From contig CASQXY010000005.1 in the NCBI GenBank assembly GCA_949432885.1, forward strand, positions 25,619-89,618: 64,000 bases of DNA, read 5' to 3'. How positions within the stretch are numbered: the first letter of the stretch is position 1; each line of letters opens with the position of its first letter. The position numbers and the translations under genes were made by a program. Positions 7,589-17,238 of this stretch are shown here, one piece after another. The DNA is from an uncultured bacterium. GTDB taxonomy: Bacteria > Bacillota > Clostridia > Christensenellales > CAG-917. The notes beneath the pieces are model-generated. The model saw nothing but the letters and a program-made list of their open reading frames with translations, searched no databases and was not told the DNA's origin.

Positions 7589-8599
7589 TCAAAAGGACAC
7601 CAAGCCCACTTTCTTTTTGACCTTTCTCAAAGTGCGCTCCGCAAGATAGGCGGCGTTTTCCGCGCCCTTATTTGCGACTTTTGCGATATACTCCTTATCG
7701 GCGGCATATCTTTGGTATTCCTCTCGTATCGGCTTGAACTTAGCCGCGACCGCTTCGCCTACGGCAATTTTGAACGTACCGTATCCCTGCCCCGCGAACT
7801 CCTTCTCGACCTCGCCTACGGACTTGTTTTCAATCGCGGCATAAATATTGATGAGATTGGTTATTCCGGGCTTATCCTCTCTTGCGCAAATCTCGCTTCC
7901 GCTGTCGGTGACGGCGCGCTTGAAAAGGCGTACGATAGTAGCCTCGTCGTCGATAACGGACACAGTCGCGTTGCGGTCGGGGTCGGACTTGGACATTTTT
8001 GAAGTCGGGTCCTGCAAGGAGCATATCTTCGCTCCCGTGGTCGGAATATAGCCATCCGGCACCTTAAACGTATCGCCGTAGCGGTTGTTGAAACGTACAG
8101 CAATATCGCGCGTAAGCTCCAAATGCTGTTTCTGGTCTATTCCGACGGGAACAAGGTCGGATTGATAAAGCAGTATATCCGCAGCCATAAGCACGGGATA
8201 GTCCATAAGACCCATATTTATATTGTCCGCGTGCTTTGCGCTTTTGTCCTTAAACTGAGTCATCCTCGACGCTTCGCCGACGTATGTATTGCAGTTGAGA
8301 ATCCATTGAAGCTCTGCATGCTGTCTTACGTGCGATTGAAAATACATAATCGATTTATTCGGGTCGACGCCGCATGCGAGCAGCTGCGCAAAGAAACTGA
8401 GCGCAGTCTGTCTGAATTCGGACGGTTCCCGTCTTACTGTAAGCGCATGCATATCCGCTATGAAAAAAATTGAATCGAATTGCGACTGCATGTTATGCCA
8501 GTTTTTTACGGCTCCGAGATAATTGCCGAGAGTAATCGTACCAGTAGGCTGTATGCCGCTGAGTATGATTTTTTTACCTTGCGTCAGTTCGCTTTCCAT
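7589..8599 (-). CDS. trpS: Tryptophan--tRNA ligase
   Basis: Class I signatures are present: GIQPTGTITLGNYLGA (HIGH region) and KMSKSD, with overall TrpRS length and pattern. Confidence 0.95.
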   Translation of the reverse strand: MESELTQGKKIILSGIQPTGTITLGNYLGAVKNWHNMQSQFDSIFFIADMHALTVRREPSEFRQTALSFFAQLLACGVDPNKSIMYFQSHVRQHAELQWILNCNTYVGEASRMTQFKDKSAKHADNINMGLMDYPVLMAADILLYQSDLVPVGIDQKQHLELTRDIAVRFNNRYGDTFKVPDGYIPTTGAKICSLQDPTSKMSKSDPDRNATVSVIDDEATIVRLFKRAVTDSGSEICAREDKPGITNLINIYAAIENKSVGEVEKEFAGQGYGTFKIAVGEAVAAKFKPIREEYQRYAADKEYIAKVANKGAENAAYLAERTLRKVKKKVGLVSF

Positions 8600-8617
8600 A
8601 GCTTCAAACCTCCATAA

Positions 8618-10099
8618 TTATTTTAGTTTGCCTTCCGCAAACCTTAGCACCGCTTCTTTGACAGACGAGCGGTCTATCACAGTGTTATGTATTTCATCCG
8701 CCGTAAACAACTCCGACAAGCTGTCGGGGCATTCCAGCGCGGTGACTGATTGCAACTTTGCGATTGCCTTATAAGGGTCTTTTTCGTGACCGCCCAAAGC
8801 GTAAAACACGTCGGGGGCAAACTTAAAGGGACTTGCCGTAGACAGAATTACGGTGGGAGTATCGTCCTCCGTATCGCAGGAATAGTCGTTATACACGCTC
8901 GCAGCGACCGCGGTATGAGTATCCATAACGTAATCGTCCAAATCGAAGAAGGTGTTTATGGCGTCCTTGGTCTCCTCCTCGTCCGCCCAACCAGCCTCGA
9001 AGACGTCCGCGCGCACGGTTTCTGGCGCGAGCTCGAATTTACCCTCCGTCTTCAATTTGCCGTATAACTCTCTTACCAGCGCGTCGTCCCTTCCCGTCGC
9101 CTCGTAGATAAGCCTTTCAAGATTGCTTGAAATCAGAATATCCATAGACGGCGATGCAGTCTTGAAAAAATCTCTGTTAATGTCGTATTCGCCAGTATTG
9201 AAAAAGTCCGTCAGCACGTTGTTTGCGTTGGAAGCGATTATAAACTTTCCTACGGGCAAGCCCATTTTATATGCGTAATAACCTGCCAGCACATTCCCGA
9301 AATTACCCGTGGGAACAGCAAAATTAACTTTGTCTCCGACTTCGATTTCTCCGCTGTCCGCGAGGTCGCAATAAGCGGATATATAGTAAGCGATTTGTGG
9401 TACAAGCCTACCCAAGTTTATAGAATTGGCAGAGCTCATCCCATACCCCAACGCGGCAAGCTCCGCTTTAAGCTCATCGTCGTTGAAAGCGTCTTTGACG
9501 GCGGTCTGCGCGTCGTCGAAATTGCCTTTGATAGCGGCGACGTGCACGTTATCTCCCTCTTGTGTGACCATTTGCAGGCGTTGAGTCTCGCTCACACCCT
9601 TAGACGGATAAAACACGATAACCTCCGTGCCATCCACGTCCTTAAAGCCTTCCAGCGCGGCCTTTCCCGTATCGCCGCTGGTGGCGGTTAGTATGAGCGT
9701 TTTATCTTCGATTCCGAGATTACGTTTCGCCGCCGTAAGCAGATAAGGAAGAAGCGTAAGCGCCATATCCTTAAACGCGCAGGTCGGGCCGTGCCAAAGT
9801 TCGAGCATATACAGTCCGTCTTCGACCTTGACGACGGGGCAAGGGTCGCCGTCAAAGCGCTCATATGCTTTCTCGCAGTATTCGAGAAGCTCTTCGTAAT
9901 CAAAATCGTCTAAATACAGCGAAATTATTTTCGCCGCGCGTTCGGGATAACTCATCGAGATAAGCTCGTCTATATCCTCCGCGCTTAAAGTGGGGAAAGA
10001 CGACGGCACGAAAAGTCCGCCGTCGTCCGAAATACCTTTAAGTATAGCTTCGCTCGCCGATAACGCCTTATGTGCGTCGCGCGTGCTCGTATATATCAT
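8618..10099 (-). CDS. thrC: Threonine synthase (long form)
   Basis: MIYTSTRD at the N-terminus, the PLP-lysine motif TCAFKDMAL, and GNFGN. Confidence 0.92.
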   Translation of the reverse strand: MIYTSTRDAHKALSASEAILKGISDDGGLFVPSSFPTLSAEDIDELISMSYPERAAKIISLYLDDFDYEELLEYCEKAYERFDGDPCPVVKVEDGLYMLELWHGPTCAFKDMALTLLPYLLTAAKRNLGIEDKTLILTATSGDTGKAALEGFKDVDGTEVIVFYPSKGVSETQRLQMVTQEGDNVHVAAIKGNFDDAQTAVKDAFNDDELKAELAALGYGMSSANSINLGRLVPQIAYYISAYCDLADSGEIEVGDKVNFAVPTGNFGNVLAGYYAYKMGLPVGKFIIASNANNVLTDFFNTGEYDINRDFFKTASPSMDILISSNLERLIYEATGRDDALVRELYGKLKTEGKFELAPETVRADVFEAGWADEEETKDAINTFFDLDDYVMDTHTAVAASVYNDYSCDTEDDTPTVILSTASPFKFAPDVFYALGGHEKDPYKAIAKLQSVTALECPDSLSELFTADEIHNTVIDRSSVKEAVLRFAEGKLK

Positions 10100-10106
10100 A
10101 GAGACC

Positions 10107-10523
10107 TCAATACTTTCTCATAAACTCGGGGAAATTCGCCTCGTCCTCGCTTACTGTAAGCACGATTTTGGTTTCCGTTTGCTTCGCTATGGAATACATA
10201 TCCTCAAAGAAATCTTTCATTTCGTTGACGGTCCTGCAAAGAATCCTGTGCGCGCCGTCTATGTAGAGCGTTTCTATATCGTGATTGCCCGCAAGCAGAC
10301 CCTTGATAAAGCCTATAAGAGCCTCTTCCGAAATGCAATCCTGACCTTTTTTCAAGCATTTCGCGTTGACGATACGCACCTGCGGACGGATTGAAAACAT
10401 ATATCTGTCCGTATCCGTCAGAAATACTATATCGCCCTTAGCGCTACTAACGTTGGCGTTTGCCATATCGATAATTTTTTTAGTCTTGCCTGTTCCTTTT
10501 GCTCCGGTGATTAGTTGAATCAT
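10107..10523 (-). CDS. Small P-loop NTPase of unknown function
   Basis: Walker A ITGAKGTGKTKK and a Walker B-like IVFLTDTD. It is 138 aa and is the first gene of the thrC-trpS transcription unit. Confidence 0.6.
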   Translation of the reverse strand: MIQLITGAKGTGKTKKIIDMANANVSSAKGDIVFLTDTDRYMFSIRPQVRIVNAKCLKKGQDCISEEALIGFIKGLLAGNHDIETLYIDGAHRILCRTVNEMKDFFEDMYSIAKQTETKIVLTVSEDEANFPEFMRKY

Positions 10524-10687
10524 AAAGCACCTCCGTTGATTATATTTTATAAAATATACCGACCGATTTCAACCCTCATTTTTATATTTTGCAAAAAATT
10601 TTGATTGACGGTATATTTTACGGCAATATACGCCGTTTTTCGCATAAACGCCAAACTTTTGAAATATATATTTCGCGCGTTTCGCCC

Positions 10688-11776
10688 TTAATCGATATTT
10701 TCCAGCATCTTATTCTGAACCGCAATGCGCAGCGCTTCAATCATCTCGTCCATTTCGCCGAGCATAAACTTGTCCAGCGAGTAAAGCGTAAGTCCGATTC
10801 TGTGGTCGGTCACGCGGCCCTGCGGGAAGTTGTATGTACGTATACGCTCGCTCCTGTCGCCCGTGCCGACCTGCGCGCGGCGGTTTTCGGCATACTCCTT
10901 CTGCGCCTGAGACTGATAGTAGTCGTACACTCTCGATTTGAGCACCTTCATTGCTTTTTCCCTGTTCTTAATCTGGCTGCGCTCGTCCTGACACTCGACA
11001 ACTATGCCCGTAGGAAGATGCGTCATACGTATCGCGCTCTCCGTCTTGTTTACGTGCTGTCCTCCCGCGCCGCCCGAACGGTAGGTATCTACCTTTATGT
11101 CGTTCTCGTTGAGGTTGATTTCAACGTCCTGCACCTCGGGAAGCACCGCGACCGTCACCGTAGAGGTATGCACTCTTCCCTGCGACTCCGTCTCGGGAAC
11201 GCGCTGTACGCGATGCACGCCGCTCTCGTATTTGAGCTTGCCGTACGCGCCCTTGCCCGATATCATAAACACCAGCTCCTTCGCGCCTCCGAGCTCGGTA
11301 TAATTCATGTCCACTTCCTCAACCTTCCAGTTGTTGACGTCGGCATAATGGCGGTACATTTTCATAAGCTCCGTGCCGAACAAAGCCGCCTCGTCTCCGC
11401 CCGCGCCCGCGCGTATTTCCATAATTACGTTGTTATCCTCGTTCGGGTCCTTGGGAAGAAGGGATATTTTAATTTCTTCTACGTCCTTTTCCAGCATGGC
11501 GCGCAGGCTGTCGGCGTCCTGCTTTGCAAGGCTTTTCATTTCGGAATCCAATTCCGTAGCCATCATAACGTTGCAATCCTCGAAATCGCGCTTATGTTTC
11601 AAAAAGGTCTCATACTTTTCCACAATAGGCGCGAGGTCGGAATGCTCTTTTGACAGCGAGCGGAATCGCTCTTGATTGGCGATGACCTCGGGTTTTGTGA
11701 GAAGCACGTTTATAATTTCGTTATAACGCGCAGTAATTTTGTCGAGCTTGGAAATCAATCCGTCACTTATTTTCAT
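10688..11776 (-). CDS. prfA: Peptide chain release factor 1
   Basis: [13 protein letters not shown] (GGQ motif) and [17 protein letters not shown] (PxT-type tripeptide region of RF1). Confidence 0.95.
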   Translation of the reverse strand: MKISDGLISKLDKITARYNEIINVLLTKPEVIANQERFRSLSKEHSDLAPIVEKYETFLKHKRDFEDCNVMMATELDSEMKSLAKQDADSLRAMLEKDVEEIKISLLPKDPNEDNNVIMEIRAGAGGDEAALFGTELMKMYRHYADVNNWKVEEVDMNYTELGGAKELVFMISGKGAYGKLKYESGVHRVQRVPETESQGRVHTSTVTVAVLPEVQDVEINLNENDIKVDTYRSGGAGGQHVNKTESAIRMTHLPTGIVVECQDERSQIKNREKAMKVLKSRVYDYYQSQAQKEYAENRRAQVGTGDRSERIRTYNFPQGRVTDHRIGLTLYSLDKFMLGEMDEMIEALRIAVQNKMLENID

Positions 11777-13634
11777 TTTTTCTCCACACGCGAGCTATAC
11801 GCTCAACGCCCTCCATATCTTTATCTATCAGAATTTCAAACGAGTTGAAAATACATTTTATCGCTTCCGCTTGGTTTATCCCGAACTCCAAAAGCAGAAC
11901 TCCTCCCGCCGCCAGATGCGAATCCAGACATTTCTCGATACGCCTGTAAAAATCAAGTCCGTCGTTTCCTCCGTCGAGAGCGAGCGAGGGCTCGAAATTT
12001 TTCACCTTTTCGTCAAGGCTTTCTATATCCGCGGTTGGTATATAGGGCGGATTGGAAATTATCACGTCGTACACTCCGTCCGCGGCGCTCCACAAATCGC
12101 CGACGGCAAACTCCACGTCCGCGCCCTCGTTGAGGGCGTTCGCTCTCGCCACGTCCACCGCCGCGCCGCTTATATCCGTCGCAAGCACCTTGGCTCCCGT
12201 CTTTTTAGCGACTACGACCGCGATAGCTCCGCTTCCCGTGCACAAATCAAGCGCCTTCACCTCACGTCTGTCTTCCTGTCTGCATTTTATTTCCGCCAAA
12301 GCCTTTTCGACCAGCTCCTCAGTCTCGGGACGGGGAATGAGCACGTTTTGATTTACGGCGATTCTGACGCCGTAAAAATCGGCGTTGCCGAGCGCGTATT
12401 GAAGAGGCTTTCCGTCGGACATACGCTTGGCTATTTCCGTCGCACTGTCAAACTGAGCCTTAGTAAGCGTTTTTAGTTCAGAAAGCTCGCTCCTCTTCAC
12501 GCCCGTCGTCTCGGCTATAATCCAGTCTATATCCGCTTCGTCCGCGCATTTCGCCAAGCTCTCCAAGCGTTTACGCGCGACTCCGTACGGGACGTTTATA
12601 TCGAACTTACGCTCGGGAAGGTTCGGGTTTTCGTCCATTTCCATAACTGTTTTAAAAGCGACGAGCGAAACTTCCAGCATATCGTCAGTCGGTTCCTTTG
12701 TCGTAAGCTTTTGCAGAGCCATTCCGGGCGCGCGGAGAATACGCACAAGCAGACAGTCGCTCTTTGCGAGGAGTTTGAGTATCTCGTAGGAAGTGCCAGC
12801 GACGACAGGCAGGAACAACAGCTTGAATCCGAGTTTAATGAGCGCGTCGACTGCTTTTCTGCCGTCGAGAAGGCTGCACCGTTCCAGCATAAAATTGATG
12901 AGCACAAACACGATTATACTGACCGCCACCACAAAGAAGAGAAATGTAGTTCCGCAACGGCTGTGCTCGCGTCTCATTTTTTTCGCGTTTTCGACAGTGA
13001 GGTCGAGCCCGTGCTCGTAACAGCTTATCACCTTATGCTCCGCTCCGTGATACATAAACACTCTGCGCACGTCCTTCATAAGCGTGACGAGCAAAATGTA
13101 GCAAATGAAAATTACAAGCATAATCCCGCCTTCGATTAGGCTGTACCACAGGCTTTTGAGACCGCCCGCAGAAATTGACGGAATATTGTCGCAGATAAGG
13201 CTTGCAAGGAAGTTGGGCAAAAACACAAACAATCCGACCGCAAGCACGATTCCCAATATAACGGAAAACGCCATAAGCAGATTCATCGGATTGATTTTCA
13301 GCTTATCCGCCATCCACTTGTCGAGCTTGGACGGCTCGGCATAATCGCCGTACACCTCCGCGGAGCGCATGATTATGCCCGTACCCTGAAAAAGCTGCGA
13401 AACGAGGTTTACTACCCCTCTTATAAACGGAAGACGCAAAAACGCGTTCTTCTCCTTCGCGCTCTTGATATATTTGCTTTCAACGGTAATATCTCCGCTT
13501 GGGGCGCGCACAGCCGTAGCCATAGACCTCGCGCCCTTCATCATAACGCCTTCGAGGACGGCTTGACCGCCTATCGAAGTGCGTCTCACGGCTTTGCCGC
13601 TTTGCTTATTTTTTTTGTCTTTGCCGTCTGCCAT
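11763..13634 (-). CDS. prmC: Fusion protein: N-terminal DUF1385 membrane domain plus C-terminal release-factor glutamine N5-methyltransferase PrmC/HemK
   Basis: The N-terminal half has [26 protein letters not shown] and hydrophobic segments (DUF1385 pattern). The C-terminal half has [22 protein letters not shown] and IISNPPYI (NPPY methyltransferase). It is a single uninterrupted 623-aa ORF that overlaps prfA by 14 nt. Confidence 0.85.
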   Translation of the reverse strand: MADGKDKKNKQSGKAVRRTSIGGQAVLEGVMMKGARSMATAVRAPSGDITVESKYIKSAKEKNAFLRLPFIRGVVNLVSQLFQGTGIIMRSAEVYGDYAEPSKLDKWMADKLKINPMNLLMAFSVILGIVLAVGLFVFLPNFLASLICDNIPSISAGGLKSLWYSLIEGGIMLVIFICYILLVTLMKDVRRVFMYHGAEHKVISCYEHGLDLTVENAKKMRREHSRCGTTFLFFVVAVSIIVFVLINFMLERCSLLDGRKAVDALIKLGFKLLFLPVVAGTSYEILKLLAKSDCLLVRILRAPGMALQKLTTKEPTDDMLEVSLVAFKTVMEMDENPNLPERKFDINVPYGVARKRLESLAKCADEADIDWIIAETTGVKRSELSELKTLTKAQFDSATEIAKRMSDGKPLQYALGNADFYGVRIAVNQNVLIPRPETEELVEKALAEIKCRQEDRREVKALDLCTGSGAIAVVVAKKTGAKVLATDISGAAVDVARANALNEGADVEFAVGDLWSAADGVYDVIISNPPYIPTADIESLDEKVKNFEPSLALDGGNDGLDFYRRIEKCLDSHLAAGGVLLLEFGINQAEAIKCIFNSFEILIDKDMEGVERIARVWRKNENK

Positions 13635-13716
13635 TTTGCACCGCGCTCCGAAAACCTAGCGGTTATGCGAAGCGAAAATTTATATAACGTCGGCGAATAT
13701 CAATCGTAAACGCCGT

Positions 13717-13754
13717 AAAAAATAGCAAAATGCAGACACGAAGCCGTGCCTGCA
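13717..13754 (-). terminator. Intrinsic terminator downstream of rpmE
   Basis: Minus strand reads TGCAGGCACG-gctt-CGTGTCTGCA followed by TTTTGCTATTTTTT. Confidence 0.7.
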
Positions 13755-13763
13755 TTCAATTTG

Positions 13764-13970
13764 TCAGTTGAGATTGTATCTCTTCTTGAACTTGTCAACG
13801 CGTCCGCCCGTATCGACCAACTTCTGCTTGCCCGTAAAATAGGGGTGGCACTTGGAGCAGATTTCAACTTTCATTTCGGTCACGTCTTTCGTAGTACCGG
13901 TCATAAAAGTATGTCCGCAAGCGCAGGTAACGGTCACGTCATGGTAATTAGGATGAATACCCTCTTTCAT
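13764..13970 (-). CDS. rpmE: 50S ribosomal protein L31 (Zn-ribbon type A)
   Basis: [22 protein letters not shown]...[12 protein letters not shown]. Confidence 0.97.
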   Translation of the reverse strand: MKEGIHPNYHDVTVTCACGHTFMTGTTKDVTEMKVEICSKCHPYFTGKQKLVDTGGRVDKFKKRYNLN

Positions 13971-14043
13971 TCTGGAACTCCTGTATTTCGTTTTTTTGCA
14001 CCCACATGCGCCATATTACGCATATATGATACAAAGTTTCTTT

Positions 14044-14072
14044 ATTATATACGCAAAAAACTCGGATGTCAA
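14044..14072 (-). promoter_or_regulatory. Sigma-70-type promoter for rpmE
   Basis: Minus strand reads TTGACA-17 nt-TATAAT, about 75 nt upstream of the rpmE ATG. Confidence 0.55.
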
Positions 14073-14096
14073 GGATTTGACGGGCAGGATTTTCCG

Positions 14097-14804
14097 CTAG
14101 TACAACTCTTTAAGCAGTCTGTCTCTGACTTTTGCGAGCCCGATATCGCCGAGACTCCTCTCGGACTGCGGCACGTCGATACTGCCTCTGTATGAAATTC
14201 GCACGGGACTGCCCGACAGCACAAAGTATTCGTCCGCAAGCAAAAGACATTCGTCAATCGCGTGCGTAACGAAAATGACCGTCCTGTTCTCTTTTCCGTT
14301 GAGCTGTACAAGCTGTCTTATCAACCTCGCTTTCAACGCGGTATCGAGAGCCTTGAAGGGTTCGTCGAGAAGCAGGACTTCGCTCGGATAAAGATACGCT
14401 CTCGCCATTGCGGCGCGCTGCGCCTGTCCCCCGCTGAGCATAGTCGGCAGTTTGCGGGCGCAATCCTCGATTTCAAGCAATTCAAGCATTTCGCGTATGC
14501 GGCGTTTGCGTTCGGTCTTATCATTGCAAACGGTCCGTAATATCAAATCTAGGTTTTTATACACCGAAATTGTAGGTATCAACCTGTCTTTCTGAAAAAT
14601 ATAACTAACGTTATCGCTAGGTTTTTCAATGCTTCCCTCATACTGTACAAGCCCTGCGACAGCATTCAGCAGCGTAGTTTTTCCGACTCCGCTTCCTCCC
14701 AGAATAACGTTTATTCTATGCTCTTTAAAGTCAGCAAAAAAGCCGTCCAGCACGACCTCTTCGCCGTATGATACGTTTAGATTCTTTATTATTACGCCCG
14801 GCAT
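14097..14804 (-). CDS. ABC transporter ATP-binding protein (NitT/TauT nitrate/sulfonate/taurine family)
   Basis: Walker A GGSGVGKTT, signature LSGGQAQR and Walker B LLLDEP. The ATG at 14804 has GGGAGG 8 nt upstream; the 14819 ORF start is GTG without an SD. Confidence 0.88.
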   Translation of the reverse strand: MPGVIIKNLNVSYGEEVVLDGFFADFKEHRINVILGGSGVGKTTLLNAVAGLVQYEGSIEKPSDNVSYIFQKDRLIPTISVYKNLDLILRTVCNDKTERKRRIREMLELLEIEDCARKLPTMLSGGQAQRAAMARAYLYPSEVLLLDEPFKALDTALKARLIRQLVQLNGKENRTVIFVTHAIDECLLLADEYFVLSGSPVRISYRGSIDVPQSERSLGDIGLAKVRDRLLKELY

Positions 14805-15577
14805 CTCAACGCCTCCCACAGCTTTTTAAGTCCCGATACAATGGCTTCCAGCACAAAACTGAACACGATTGCGACCAGCGTCCAAGCAAGCAGATAGCTC
14901 ACTTCAAACATCGCGTAAGCGACCTGTATATTGGAACCGATACTACGCGAAATGCTTGTCAGAATCTCGGCGGCTACGACCACTTTAAGGGTCAGCGACA
15001 GCGTAGACCGTCCCGTATCGAAAAGATTTTCCGCAATGCACGGCAGATAAATAAATCTTATTTTGTTCGCAGGGCTAACCTTATACAGCTTCGCCATTTT
15101 CAGCAGATCACCGTCCACCCCCGTAATCGCACTGTAAAAGGAGGAATACATTATGGGAAACGCAATCAAAAATCCTACGGCTATCGACATCGAGTCGTTG
15201 TTCATAAACGCATAAAGAATGAGTATGACCGCAACCGTAGGCGCGGCGCGCAGAACGGACACTATCGGCGACAGCACTCTGTGTATCGGGCTGCAAATTC
15301 CTGCGAGCGCCGCAAGCAAAAGCGCGAGCGCGAAAGAGGTAAAAAAGCATATGAATGTTCTCAGCAGGGTCGCAAGCACGTCCAGCCAAAAACCGCCCGT
15401 ATTCCCCAATCTGAAAAAAGAGTCCAGCACAACGTTCGGCATAGGCAGCACTAGCGGATTGTTTTTTATCTTTGCCGCAATAGCCCAAACCGCCAGCATC
15501 AACGAGAACGCCAGCAGCGGATAGAATATGTTGAGCGCGATACGCTTCGCAGTAGTCTTATCGGGCTTAAATTTCAT
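14792..15577 (-). CDS. ABC transporter permease (NitT/TauT family)
   Basis: Six hydrophobic segments and an EAA-like loop region. The ATG at 15577 is preceded by AAGGGA; the alternative upstream start at 15616 has no SD. Confidence 0.85.
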   Translation of the reverse strand: MKFKPDKTTAKRIALNIFYPLLAFSLMLAVWAIAAKIKNNPLVLPMPNVVLDSFFRLGNTGGFWLDVLATLLRTFICFFTSFALALLLAALAGICSPIHRVLSPIVSVLRAAPTVAVILILYAFMNNDSMSIAVGFLIAFPIMYSSFYSAITGVDGDLLKMAKLYKVSPANKIRFIYLPCIAENLFDTGRSTLSLTLKVVVAAEILTSISRSIGSNIQVAYAMFEVSYLLAWTLVAIVFSFVLEAIVSGLKKLWEALRCRA

Positions 15578-15625
15578 GCGTTTATTCCCTTTCGGAGGCG
15601 CTGCAATGCGCCTCATATCTTACTG

Positions 15626-16630
15626 TCAAAAGATTTGGCTAGCCGCAATGTCCCAGTTTATATCGTTTTGCTGGGGGTCTTTCGGCATAACGTTTTTGAG
15701 GAATGTGATAATTCTGCTCTTAGTAGTTTCGTCGAGCTTGGTTGCGTTAATTGCGCATCTGGGGATAGACGCAGCAGGGAAAACGGCGGACTTATACAGA
15801 TTCGCCTTTGCAAATTCAGAGACCGCCGACGCGTTCGTCGTAACCCACGCCTTGCTTGCCGCAAGCGCGTCGAACAGTGCGTTCATAAACGATGAATTCT
15901 CGGCAAGAGCGTCGCGCACAAACAGTCCCGCCTGCGGATAATTCTCACCGTTTGCGGAGGGATTCACATTCTTGTACGCGAGCTGTAAATTCATCTCTGC
16001 GTTTATTCCGAGTGCCTGTATGCTCTTGAACTGAGTGGCGGCAGGCTCTCCCACTACGGCAAAATCCGCGTTGTTCGCCGCAAGCAATTCCTTGGCCTCC
16101 GCGCCGTCTGCGACGTATTGGACAAGGACTTGATTCCCCGTCGGAGCGCCGCTTGTGATAAGCTCGATTCCGTTGTTCTTCATCACGTACCTGAATACGA
16201 GTCCCGGCACTCCGTTTATGCCGATACAGGCGATTCTCTTGCCTTTTATATCCTCGAAGGTTATATCGTTTCCGCCGTCCTTTTTGCCCACCATAAAGAG
16301 ACTGCCCTCGACGGCTATGCTCACGAGCTTATAGGGTGCGCCCGCCTTTATCTGCATTGCGCCGACGTTTACGGGCATAATCACGACATCCGACTTTTCC
16401 GAAGCCATCTCCGCCGCTATATTGGAGGAAGAAACCACCGCATAACTCATCTTTTCGCCTCCGATACTTCCGTTATCCGTGACGAGTCTCGCCATAGCGA
16501 GCGCGGGAGTTCCCTCTGGCGCGGTAAATCTCAATCCGTCGCTTTTATCACATGCCGAAAGACCTATCGACAGCGCGACTGCGACAGCTATTACGGATAC
16601 AACCGCAAGAAGTTTCAAAAACTTTTTCAT
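15626..16630 (-). CDS. ABC transporter substrate-binding lipoprotein (NMT1/THI5-like, NitT/TauT family)
   Basis: Lipobox MKKFLKLLAVVSVIAVAVALSIGLSAC|DK. Length and position are those of a family-3-type binding protein, upstream of the permease and ATPase. Confidence 0.8.
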   Translation of the reverse strand: MKKFLKLLAVVSVIAVAVALSIGLSACDKSDGLRFTAPEGTPALAMARLVTDNGSIGGEKMSYAVVSSSNIAAEMASEKSDVVIMPVNVGAMQIKAGAPYKLVSIAVEGSLFMVGKKDGGNDITFEDIKGKRIACIGINGVPGLVFRYVMKNNGIELITSGAPTGNQVLVQYVADGAEAKELLAANNADFAVVGEPAATQFKSIQALGINAEMNLQLAYKNVNPSANGENYPQAGLFVRDALAENSSFMNALFDALAASKAWVTTNASAVSEFAKANLYKSAVFPAASIPRCAINATKLDETTKSRIITFLKNVMPKDPQQNDINWDIAASQIF

Positions 16631-16730
16631 ATTACACCTCTGAGTATTTATTCGATATTTTTTATTGTCCGCTCATCAGTACGAGATTTACGCTTACGCA
16701 TATCGCGGACGTTTTATATAATACTTGCCA

Positions 16731-16982
16731 TTACTCGGTCAATTCAAAAGAAGTGAGCGCGGATTTCACGCACAAATCCCCGAACTGCCCCAGTCTCCCC
16801 GTGAGGGCGGAAATCCGTTCCTGCGCGCCCTCGACGATAAGAGCAATCGTATTCACTCCCTCGCGCGGCACGCCCATACGTCCGACGATAATATCCGAAA
16901 AGTCGCTCAGCGTCTTTTGCATCTCGACAACGACCGAACGCCCTCCCTTAACGACAATTCCGACAACACCGATCCTTTTCAT
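16731..16982 (-). CDS. Small ACT/NikR-C-like regulator resembling the TM1266 family (annotated elsewhere as iron-only hydrogenase system regulator)
   Basis: It is 83 aa. The pattern IGVVGIVV...IIGRMGVP...NTIALIVEG...ISALTGRLGQ...VKSA matches my recollection of TIGR03959/TM1266. SD AGGAGG lies upstream. Confidence 0.5.
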   Translation of the reverse strand: MKRIGVVGIVVKGGRSVVVEMQKTLSDFSDIIVGRMGVPREGVNTIALIVEGAQERISALTGRLGQFGDLCVKSALTSFELTE

Positions 16983-17025
16983 ATTACCTCCTACTGCCGT
17001 ACGGAAAGAATCCCGAAACAGAACG

Positions 17026-17060
17026 AAAAAACGCGCCGCCGTGCAAGACGACAGCGCGTT
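17026..17060 (-). terminator. Intrinsic terminator inside the 5' leader of the TM1266-like/ABC operon (attenuator candidate)
   Basis: Minus strand reads AACGCGCTGTCGT-cttgc-ACGGCGGCGCGTT followed by TTTTTT. It is 43 nt upstream of the operon ATG and about 120 nt downstream of a consensus promoter. Confidence 0.7.
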
Positions 17061-17183
17061 ATTATACGCAAAAAAACATGTCCGTCCTACACTCCGAACC
17101 CTGCCTCCGCACTTTCATCGTTTCGGTTTACACCTCCACTCCGACTTTACGCCGAGGCGTTCATCGTTTCCGATTTCGATTCT

Positions 17184-17212
17184 ATAATACGTTCGTTGCG
17201 TCTATATGTCAA
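17184..17212 (-). promoter_or_regulatory. Sigma-70-type promoter of the TM1266-like/ABC importer operon
   Basis: Minus strand reads TTGACA-17 nt-TATTAT. Confidence 0.55.
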
Positions 17213-17238
17213 GCGAAAGCGCGCAAACAAACTCTTGA

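Noticed and set aside
10589-11653. A 354-aa plus-strand ORF.
   Set aside because: It is antisense to prfA, whose GGQ and PxT motifs are unambiguous. The product is low-complexity and Arg/His/Leu-rich.
16983-17238. TPP (THI-box) or SAM-I riboswitch upstream of the NMT1/THI5-like ABC operon.
   Set aside because: There is no CUGAGA...ACCUGAUCUGGAUAAUGCCAGCG-type TPP core and there are no SAM-I conserved blocks. The similarity of CGGAAACG and AACCGAAA words to the SMK box is too short to be meaningful.
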